A DNA stretch of 64,000 bases. Origin: Eledone cirrhosa (lineage: Eukaryota). The notes beneath the pieces were generated by a model, which saw only the letters and a list, made by a program, of their open reading frames with translations, did no database searches and was not told the origin of the DNA. The position numbers and the translations under genes were made by a program. This document shows, piece after piece, positions 24,113 through 35,049 of the stretch (the first letter of the stretch is position 1; the number at the start of each line of letters is the position of its first letter). The stretch is taken from positions 117,738,001 to 117,802,000 of the forward strand of contig OZ024741.1 in NCBI GenBank assembly GCA_964016885.1, given 5' to 3'.

Positions 24113-27100
24113 CTACAGGCTTATAAACAGAGAAGGCCCAATCACTCGGGCCATTTTCGCTTCATTCACCCACCTTTCAGTAAATTTACTGGGGTGCAGT
24201 GCCTCTCTCTCCACCCTGATTCTCCTTCTAAAGTGATACTTAAAGAAGGGAATCAATTGTTGTCCGGAGAGAAAGGCATCTGTCCTCAGTCCTCTCAACC
24301 TCGTCCACCATATAACTTCTTTCACCATAGCCACCGTACAGAGGAAAACCGCCTCTCTTTCGTTTTTGAAAGAGTCTGGCGGTTTGATCCTTACTATGGA
24401 CTCGGCAGTCAACTGTATTTGTCCCATACGCGACAGCAGTTGTTCTGCATAGTTCCACAGGTCGCTTACGTCCGGGCAGTGTACAATTGCGTGCAGAACT
24501 GTTTCAATGTCCTGCGCACATCTTGGACACGTCCTCTTGGAAGGATCCCTGCCAGAGCGTCCGTGCCTGTAGATCTTGTCACGAACCGGTAGAGCTCCTC
24601 GGTAGCACTGCCAGGCCAGGGACCTCTGGAAGTTGTCCATAGGTCCCGGGCGGAAAGTCCTACCAAACATACTGGTGAGCTCATCGTCTTCGACGCCCAG
24701 AGTCTCTCCGAGCACGTCGTCGCCCTTGTAACGTACAATCCCTCTATAGAATGTCGAAGTGGAGTCTCCACTGATTGCTGCGCCCGCTTGCCAGAGGACT
24801 GTGAACGCCTGAGCGCATTCAATGTGCCAGGCGCCCATCGTTTTTGGTCTTTTCTTCACCCAGGACTGCAGCTCCGTCAGCGAGACGAGCTGTGGGAAAG
24901 CCTGTCTCACAAACGGTGCCCACACCGGTTGGGGGTCGGTGAGGAATACCTGGAGATGCCGCAGCCTCAGCGCATGTTTGCGCATCATCAGCCACGGCAT
25001 TCCCAGCCCTCCGTTGGAAGGGTGCTGACAGCAGACGGATCTCCTCACCAGCGGAGCCTGCTTCTTCCACAGAAACTGGAAGAGCATGCGTTCCATCTTG
25101 GCGAGGTGTTCACGGGGACAAGGCACGACAGTCAAGCGGTAGTAGATGACGGACGCTATGAAAGTGTTCGCCACCTCCGCTCAACCTTTCAAGGACAGTT
25201 TGCACTCTGCCCACTTCTGAGTGAGTGCAAACACCTTGGCCGTGACCTCGTTCCAGTTTTTCTCCACCTGGAGGTCTGGACCGAACCAGACCCCGAGCAA
25301 TTTCATCGGTCCGTCCGTCCAGCATCCAACGACGCTGTCGGATGTCATCGGTTTGCCTCTCCACGTACCGAGTTGCAAACCGACAGACTTGTCTGGGTTT
25401 AGTTTTGCTCCCGTCAGCGTTTCGTATTCTTTCAGTATGTTGCCGATCACCCCGATTTCCGAGGTGCTCGACACCATTACTGTCACGTCGTCGGCATAAG
25501 CCGACGCCGCTTTGCGCAGTCCCGGTTCTAGGGGGATGCCCTGCAACAGCTCCAATTTCCGCAGTAGTGGCTCTAGAGTCAATACATACAGAATGGAGGA
25601 GAGAGGGCATCCCTGTCGAATGGAACGCGTGATTGCGAACGGCTCCGATAGGTAGCCGTTCACCTTGACCCTCGAGCAGATGCTGGTGTGCATCGCCTCG
25701 ATCCATCCTCTGAACACGGGACCGAAACCGGCCGCCTTGAGAACCGCTTCCAAGTATCGATGGTCGACCCTATCGAATGCCTTAGACTGATCCAAGTTGA
25801 TCAGAGCCCCACCGAAGCCGGGTTTACTACCCACCCTCTCTATGATGTATCGCATGAGGTGGAGGTTGTCGTGTATGGACCTGGTCGGGATTGCACACGT
25901 TTGCGCTTTCCCTACCAGGTTCTCGACGACAAGCGCCAACCTCGTCGCTAGCACCTTGGCCAAAATCTTTAACTCTGTGTTGAGCAGAGTTATGGGCCTG
26001 AAGTTGTTAATTTCGTCCCCCTTGTTCTCGTCTTTCCTGATCAGCGTTACTACGCCCTTGCCTGCAGAACTGGGAATTCTCCCGTTCTGCTGCCAATTGC
26101 AGTAGACGGCTTCGAGGACGCCAGAGAACAAGTCCGGCATGCCTATGTAAAATTCGTAGGGTAGACCATCTAGACCGGGTGACTTGCGTTTCCTGCAGCG
26201 GCCCAGAGCGTCCCGTATCTCAGTGTCCGTGATCGGTCTTTCGCAGAACTCGGTGTCCGTGTTCGAGAGACGCGGCAGGCCGTCGAGGTATGAACTAAAG
26301 TCCATTGCCCCGTTCGGCTCACCGTCGTTCTGCTCAAACAGTCGCGCAAAGTGCCGCTGAAAGGCCGCGCACATTTGCTTGGGGTCAAGTAGCACGCGTC
26401 CGTTTTGGTCTTTCAAAGACCGAATCGTGGACTTGTTGCCACTTTTTGCCTCCGCCACTCGGGTCCAGCTGACAGCTTTCGCTCCTTCGTTTCCTAGAGC
26501 ACGTGTTTTGCTTCTGACCACGCAGCCTTCGTGTTTCGCATCGAAGAACTGGTCCAGTGCCGTTCTCGACGCTAACACTCTAGCCGCGTTTCCACTTCTA
26601 AGTGCCTCCTCTACCTTGGCTACTAGTTCTCTTTCTATTCTGTTTTTCTCTAAGGCTAACTCTCTGCTATACCCTATCGATTCTATTCTAATTGCTTTCT
26701 TGAGAGAGTACCACCATCTATTGTTGACGATGGCTCCCGTTAACTGTTGCTTGACTAGTTTACTTATCCGTTCACTGTAAGCTTTACGTGCCGACAACGA
26801 CACGTTCAGCTTCCAGTATCCGGGACCCTGTCTATGTATTCTATCACGGTTGACTAAGCAGACGACTAACTTGTGATCTGAATAGGCAGCCATGTGCATT
26901 CGTGGACAGCTTAACATATCCTTGTCCCTTTCTCTAATGAAGAACCTATCTAAATACGATCTAGATGTCCCACTGCGGTTTACCCACGTCCACTGTGGTG
27001 CAGTCGGGAAATCCAGTCGATACCTATCGGCCAGTTGGAATTGGCCGATTAAAGTTTTGAGGCTGTTGCACCCCGCTCTACTGGGACATGCTCCCACATA

Positions 27101-27559
27101 GTCCCATCGTGCATCTAGGATACCATTCCAGTCCCCCACTAAAAGTAAGGAGCGAGACGTTCCCAGAAAAGACTCTAGACGCTTAAAGAAGTCTGGTCGT
27201 GATTGCGATTGCCCGGTCGGGGCATAAACGGCCACCAGTCTGAAGGCTCCACCTCCGATACTGTTCACGTCTAGGACTACCAGTCTACCCTCCGGGTCCA
27301 AGTGTACTTGCTGTACTCCAACGTCCAGGTTCTTCCGAAACATAACAGCCACTCCACCTCCACCTCCTGGCTGACAGAGAGATGCGTAGATCTCAAAGTC
27401 GTCGAAGATGGGGGTTAGTTGCTGCCTGTTGTGGATTCTGGACTCGGTGATGGCTATCACATCCATACTGTGTGACCTAAGGTCGTTTAAAAGTTGGCCC
27501 TGTTTCCAGGGCATCCCTAGGCCACGCACATTCACGGTTCCAACTCGTAAACCAGCCAT
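24113..27559 (-). CDS. Tx1-like ORF2p: APE endonuclease + reverse transcriptase + C-terminal zinc finger (frameshift near 25180)
   Basis: ORFs 25181-27559 (792 aa) and 24113-25174 (353 aa); NVRGL, ITES, VYAP, GDWN, SDH, FRPITLLN, KAFDRV, QGCPLS, YADD, CPRC..ETVLH...C. Confidence 0.9.
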
Positions 27560-27600
27560 GTTGATGAAGAAAAGTTGGAGAAAAAGGACGAAAGGTGCAC

Positions 27601-29467
27601 TTACCTTTTCGTTTCCTGGAGATCGGGTTGTTCAATATCCATTTGGGTGCTGGATGGGGTGTTGGGTGGGGTGGGGAAACCTTTCAACAGGACGCGGTTG
27701 ATGGGTTTGTGGCAGGGGTTGCCCACGTCTTGTGAAAATTTAATTTTCAGGTCTTTATAGGTTTCCATAGAAACCCTTATAAGTTTAAGGTGTGGAGACG
27801 ATTCTGCCTTGACGAAAGTTTTGCCCTCCGTCTCCACCTTGGGGTTTTGGGAGATGACCTCCATCAAACTCCTGTTGTTTGTGTTGATGTATGCGTATTG
27901 TTGTTTGTGTTTTTGTTGTATTGTTTTAGTTTGTTGTTCATCCGGGAGTTTTCTTTTTATGGTGGGTGCTTGTGTTTGGGGTGGTGTTGGTGCTGGTTTT
28001 GCTGATAGGGGGATGTTTGACTGTGGTGTTGTTTGTGTTGTTGTTTGTGTCTGTGGTTGTGTGTTGGTGTTGGTGATTGGAGTTTTGGGGGTTTTGTGGT
28101 GTCTCTTTTTTTGTTTTTTGGATTTCCGCGGTTCTCCCTCTTCTTCACTTAAAGAAGGAGAAGCAGCTTCATCCGTCAATGAATAATCATCGTCAGGTGT
28201 GTGGGGTAAGGGTATGTTGTGTGGTGGTGGTGGTGTTTCGGTATGTGTGTTTGTGGTAGTGTTTGATGGAGTGGGATGGAGTGGGGATGTGTTCTTCAGG
28301 GGTGTTGTCTCTGTTTTTTCTGTTGTTGTTGGTTGAGTGTCTGTTTGTTTTGGTGTGGTTGCTCGTTTCGTCTGTCGTTGTACTTGTGGTGGTGGTGGTG
28401 GTTGTTTTGGTGTTGGTGTTGGTAATAGCGTTTTTTTTATGATGTTGTTGTTGTGTGTTTGTGGACAAGAGGCTTTTAGGTGAGATGTGCTACCACAGCG
28501 AAAGCAGTGAAATTTTCTTCCTTCTACCGAAATGTTTATTTTGTTGTTATTATCAATAACGACTCTTTCGGGTATTTTGGAGATTCTCTCCGGTTTCATT
28601 TGCAACAGAATCTCCAAATCGGTGCCCGCCCACCTTTGTCGAATGGATTTTCGTATCGAAAGTATTATGTCTGTTTCTGGCTCTACGAAGCCAGCCAAGA
28701 TACACCAGATGTTAATGCTTGGAGGTATGTTTTTTATTTTTATTTTTTGTGTCCTTTTCCCCATGTATGTAGGGAAAAAGGTGTATGCTTTTGACACTAT
28801 TGGTGTCACAGAGTTTTTTTGGGCCAGTGCCTCGCTTTTAAACAGTACGGAAACACTTCCGTACTGTTTTCCTCGCTGGAGAAAATCGACATTTCCTAGA
28901 ATCTCCTTGAAAGAATCTTCTATATCTGACTGATTAACAAATGTCGGTTTTCTTGACGAATTTGACACAGTCCTAAAAGTGACTGATCGGCGGTTTGTGT
29001 CTTCCTTTATTTCAAGGGGTGAGTTAATTCTAAACCCACCTCTTTCTTCGAAAGTTACAAATTTTCTCCCTTGCTGGAGCATATCTCTTGCGTTGGAGAT
29101 ATCAAGATTTATAAAATTTTGTTTCTTGTTGACTGTGTCAGCAAAAGACATTTTCTTTTTTTGTGTGATGTTGTTGTTAATAATGATGTTATCGTTGTTG
29201 GAAATTTTATGTGTAGATGTATCTGTAGAGTTGTTGATGTGTATGTATGTCAATGGGTTTTTTTGCCGTGTTTTCCCGTGTGTTATTGTCATTTTTCTCC
29301 GCTTCGGCGGTAGAAATTGTAACATTTTCAAATGTTGATATATTTTTTTCTTTTGTGACAGTATCTATGGCAACGTCCATAGCAGCAGAAGCAGATATAA
29401 CGTTAATATCTGCCTCTTTCTCTCTCTTTTCTCTATTAACGTTCTCCAGCGTTCTAGTGTTGCTCAA
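27601..29467 (-). CDS. Tx1-like ORF1p (gag-like, CCHC knuckle, Pro/Thr-rich linker); probable frameshift near 29330
   Basis: ORF 27601-29331 with CFRCGSTSHLKASC; homologous to the ORF1 fragments of element B (FSINSP/FRINSP, YMGRRTQ/YMGKRTQ, VEGR). Confidence 0.8.
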
Positions 29468-29716
29468 GTTTTTTTTTACTTTGTAAAATTTGATATTTTA
29501 AAACAAACTTTTAAATAAAATTTTAGCCCCTACAGGGGCGAAAAATGGGATTAACACCCAGCTGACAATTCAGCTTGGGGGTTAATCTACAAAGTGTTGT
29601 ATTTTTTTCAAACAATTAGATCGGTTTTTTGCATAGAAATTAACAAAAAACTTACCGGCGATATTCCACACGTTAGACAGAAAGAGAGATAGATAGATAG
29701 ATAGATAGATAGATAT

Positions 29717-30094
29717 ATTTCTTTATTAGCCACAGGGGCACAAAAGAAGGGGACAAATACAAAGGGGGAAGTTTACATACAATAAAAACGTGTAAAATGT
29801 TATCACAGATGGAATTTAAAAGTTAGTCGATTTTCCCCAATAGAGGGAGACAGTTTATATGGGTAACACATACCCCCGAAAAAATGTGCAACCCTCATCT
29901 CCAGGAGTACGAAGAGCTTGTACTCCTTTCCTCTCCTCCTCCTTTTCCTCAATCTACAGGCTGATATAGAGAGAAGGCCCATTCACTCGGGCCATTCTCG
30001 CCACTTTCACCCACCTTTCATAAAACTTGCTGCGGTACAGCACCTCTCTCTCCATCCTGATTCTTCTTCCAAAGTGGTATTTGAAAAAAAGAAT
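29717..30094 (-). mobile_element. Tx1-like LINE E, severely 5'-truncated
   Basis: FFKYHFGRRIRMEREVL...VNGPSLYISL* plus conserved 3' UTR; (GATA)n on both sides. Confidence 0.9.
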
Positions 30095-30134
<40 letters not shown>

Positions 30135-30497
30135 CAGGATATGCACATGTATAGATACAGAGACATATGCATGAGTACAGATTTAACTCAAAACATACAG
30201 ATCCACATATGTAATAACACCCACGCATGCACACACACACAAACATATAGACATACACACATACGCACATACATACATACATACATACATACATACATAC
30301 ATACATACATACATACATACATACATACATACATACATACGCACATACATACATACATACACATACATTCATACAAACATACACATACATACACACACAC
30401 ACATACATACATACATTCATACATACGTACATTCATACACACACATACATGCATTCATACATACATACACTCATGAATTCATACATACATACATACA

Positions 30498-30990
30498 TGG
30501 TGACTGCCAACTCGTTTTCGAGTACGGCCACTACTTTATATCCATGTAGGAGAACCCCTACCGAAGCGCTGAACGAGTGTGACTTTTTAGTCCAGCCAGC
30601 GACTTGAAAACTCTGGTACAAACACTACACTTGTGACAATTATTGACACATAGTGCTGGGCCCATGGTACCATGTGAGGACAAGTGCAGAGAGATCTCCA
30701 GATATAAAGCAATGCCTGTGCCGTGAAGCTTTTATAGTGAGCAAAGGCACTGCACAAAGCCAGTCCCACTCTCTTAACCAAGATGATATTTACCAAAAAG
30801 AAGAACAAGTCAACATCATTGGATACCATCAGGGTTGCAGGTGTTATATCAGAGTTTTCCTTCTCCTAGAATTCTGCCTTGACAAAGGCTAAGGGGTCAT
30901 CTCTCCCGGTGATTTTGGATGGCCATTGACTCTTAAGAGCTCCTTTGCCCTTTGACAGGTTTTGTTTTTAGTCCTGCAGGATGTCCAAAG
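30498..30990 (-). mobile_element. ~490-bp non-coding insert in (CATA)n, probably a non-autonomous RTE derivative
   Basis: Contains CTAGGAGAAGGAAAACTCTGA, resembling RTE 5' regions; runs into (TATG)n at its minus-strand 3' end; no credible ORF. Confidence 0.45.
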
Positions 30991-31168
30991 CATACATACA
31001 TACATACATACATACATACATACATACATACATACATACATACATACATACATACATACATACATACATACACACACATACATACATACACATGCACACA
31101 TACATACACACACATAAATACATACATTCATATATACATTCATATATACATGCATACACACATACATA

Positions 31169-31316
<148 letters not shown>

Positions 31317-31359
31317 CATACATACATACATACATACATACATACATACATACATACAT

Positions 31360-34303
31360 GCAGAAAAATAGAGTGCTGACCTACGAAAAAACATAGGACA
31401 TGTGACAATGCTCCTTACATGCAAACAAACACCAAAAAACCTCACTCCTCACCAACAAAGAGTGAAAAATAAAATAGAGACGATGTTTGGTAACAGTAGA
31501 ACCAGAACTCTCCAATATAAGCTGATCACCCTCAAACAAGAATTGAGAGGTGTTAGCGAAAAACGCCGATACCTGAAGAAGGTAGATGAGAGAAAAATGC
31601 TTAATAAAAGATTCAGACGAAACCAAACATCAGTCTATAGAGATATGAAGGGCAAAATAATAAGTGTCGCTGAGGCCCCATCCCAGAAAGACATAGATTC
31701 CTTTTGGAGAAAAATATGGGGTAAAAAGAAGAATTTCAACCAAGATGCAGTGTGGCTAAGAGAAATCCGAAAGAACTATTGCTCCTACACTACAACAAAA
31801 ACATACGAAATAAGTGAGGGTACCCTTGAGACTGTGATATGAAAACTCCAAGATAAGAAAACACAAGGAAAAGACATGATTGTCGACTACTGGTACAAAA
31901 AAACTGATATTCTATCGGAGGTGTCTTACTGACCTCTACCAACAAGTTCTTAAGGGAGATACACTTATACCAGAATGGTTGACATTAGCACAAACGTTAC
32001 TGGTCCCCAAGAACAAAGACACCCACTTGGCAAAAAACTACCGACCCATTGCATGCCAGAACCTGATGTATAAGATGTATATAGCCTGCCTGAACCTATT
32101 CCTCCAAGATCACTGTGAAAATAATAACATCATCACAGATGAACAAGCAGCTGGAAAGAAAAGGGTTTGGGGATGTGCTGAACAACTCCTAATCAACAAA
32201 ACTGCGATGTCGGAGGTGCGACAACTTAGGAGAAATATGACTACAGTCTGGCTGGACTACAGGAAAGCTTTCGATTCTGTTCCCCACTCTTGGATGATAG
32301 AAGCCCTCCAACTTGCTAAAGTCCCAGACATTATTGTCAGAGCCATAGAGAGGCTGTCTTCTTCTTGGGCTACTATCCTAAGGTTAAAGACAGAGAGGGA
32401 AGACTCTATTTTCACTGATAAAATAAAATATTGCAGGGGTATATTTCAGGGGGACAGTCTCTCTGTGATATTGTTCATCTTGTAATTAAACCCCTTGTCC
32501 TTTCTGCTCAAGAAATGTGAGGGATACATCATTGGCTCACAGGAGGACAGAAATACGAACCTAACCTATAACTTCTTTGTGGACGATCTGAAACTCTATG
32601 CCAAGAACATGGATGGGATGAAAAAAAATCTTGACCTGGTTACAACGTTCTCAAAGGATATGGGAATGGAGTTTGGTCAAGATAAATGCTGATACATGAC
32701 TGTAAAGCGGCGAAAAACAACAACCCAATCTAGCAACATTTTCATCAATGGTCTAACTGTTTCACGGATATCTGATGAGGACTGCTACAGATACCTGGGG
32801 ATAGATGACAACATATCCTATAATGGTATCTGTAATAAAGAACGCGTAACCAGGGAATACTACATCCGATTAAGAAAGATCTGGTCATCGGAACTCTCTG
32901 CGCAAAACAAAACAGTGGCTCACAATGTGTTTGCTGTGCCTGTCCTAACACCAATGTTTGGAATACTCAATTGGACGATAGACGAAATCCGATCAGTTGA
33001 TGTTGGAACTCGAAAAATACTGAACAACACCGGAAACTTCCACATCAACAGTGACATAGACCGCCTTTACTTGAAACGTAAACAGGGAGGCAGAGGCCTA
33101 ACATCAGTCCAGACAGCATTTGAATGTCGCATCATATATCTCCGACAACATCTACGAACCTCGAAGCGTAGGAGCCCGCTTCTCGAGCAAGTCTATCTGC
33201 ATGAAACAGATAAGATCATGAGAGATGGGAAGGAACTCCTTGAGAGATATTCCCTGTGTGATAATCAAAAACTCACACCTAGGGATGTCGCTCAGCAGTA
33301 TCGCAGAGAATCCATGGATGAAAAACTGCATGCCTATCAGCAAAAAATCATGCATGGATATGTTGCCAGGAAACTCCAGAGTGAGAGTAATATAGATAAG
33401 GAAAGTAGTCTATCTTGGACCAACAACCGCTATATTGGCTCCCACTTTGAAGGATACGCTTTTGCAATCCAGGAACAGGAGATTAGCACGAAATACCTGA
33501 TTCACAAAAGAGATAGGGATGCAGGCGAAACACCTAGATGTGATAACAAGTGCAGACTCTGCAGAACTAACATCGAGGATATCACCCATGTCATCATCAG
33601 CAGCTGTCCAAAGATGTCATCGCGGTACTATCTACCTATGAGGCATGATGTAGTGGCCAAAACACTGTACAATGCAGTTCGTAAAAAAGATAGCCCCGAT
33701 AATAAACACATTAAAAGCTACAACAATGTGGAAGACATCCATGTACATAATATGAAAGAGTACTGGTGGAATGTTCCAGTAAAAACCCCAATAAAATGCA
33801 GGCATAACAGACCAGATATTATGATATGGGACAGGGAGAAGAAAACATGCACAGTAGTGGAAATTAGCTGCCGAGCAGATGCCAATATAATATCAAAGAT
33901 TAGTGAAAAGGAGAATATTTGTGCAGAACTGATGAGAAATCTGCAGATACTCCATCCTGATTACACCTTCAGATTTATGCCTGTGATTATTGGGGCACTG
34001 GGATATGTTAGTAACTACCTCAATACAAATCTTGAGAAGCTAGGCTTCACAGGAACAGAAAGAACACAACTAGTTAGGAAATTACAAGTACAATCCATTA
34101 ATGGAACAGTAAAAATATGCAAAACATTCCAAAAATTTTGCATCTAATAACTGCATATACACATGTACAGATACAAAGCATATACACATGTACACATACA
34201 ACTCAAAACATCCACATCCACACAATGAGAGAGTCTTGTGTCTATGTTAGAAACCGACTCTCTCTCTATTGGTAAAACTTTGTGAAATTATAAAACCAGA
34301 AGA
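31360..34303 (+). mobile_element. R4/Dong-like non-LTR retrotransposon (RT + zinc knuckle + REL), 5'-truncated, a few stops/frameshifts
   Basis: YRPIACQN, LDYRKAFDSVPH, GIFQGDSLS, FVDDLKLY, CRLC..H...C, RHD, RPDIMI..VEIS, PVIIGALG; begins after (CATA)n and ends ...aaaaccagaagaaCATACATAC. Confidence 0.92.
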
Positions 34304-34729
34304 ACATACATACACGTGTATATATATATATTTGTTTCTTTGAAAAACAAATGTAAAATAAACTTACTGTGAAGTAAAGATAACCAAGGAGAAAGAAGTG
34401 AAGTGGAATGACGTGTTGTGTGTGTGTGTGTGTTTGTCGTGTGTGTGTCTGTGGTATGTGTGCGTGTGGGTGTGTCTTTGTGGTGTGTGTGCGTGTGCGT
34501 GTGCGTGTATGTGTTTGTGGTGTGTGTGCGCGTGTGTGTGCGTGTGTGTGTGCGTATGTGTTTGCGTATGTGTGTGTGTGGTGTGTGTTTGTTGTGTGTG
34601 TGTGGTGTGTGTGTCTGTCTGTATGGCTATATGTGTAGAATACAGGAGTGGTAATTGTTTTCCTATTGTGATAAATAATGTCTGGAGTGAAGAACTTCTA
34701 AGGCTTAAGAATTCTGAAGCAGATTCATA

Positions 34730-34850
<121 letters not shown>

Positions 34851-35049
34851 GAAGGAAGGACCTTTTCCTTTGTCTATTGTTTTATTCAGTTTATAAATTC
34901 AGTAACATTATGTTCCAGGCTGCCATTGAGTCGAAATCTGTGTTAACCATATCATAGATCCCAAAACAAGATCTTTGAGTATCTGTGTAGCTTCGAACTG
35001 AGTTGTGGTGGATTTTTTTTCCCAGTCCACCTTTGAAATTACTTTCTCT

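Larger units (their letters stand above)
23881..29686 (-). mobile_element. Tx1-like LINE D, full-length and nearly intact
   Basis: 5' UTR, ORF1 and ORF2 each with one apparent frameshift, 3' UTR, (ATCT)n tail. Confidence 0.95.

Noticed and set aside
15857-30133. Telomeric retrotransposon array (HeT-A/TRAS/SART-like)
   Set aside because: Junction repeat is GATA, not TTAGGG; the array is interstitial with ordinary DNA on both sides
35005-35049. GTG start given by the ORF track for the GPCR
   Set aside because: Eukaryotic gene; ATG at 35050 (or 35056) directly precedes the signal peptide
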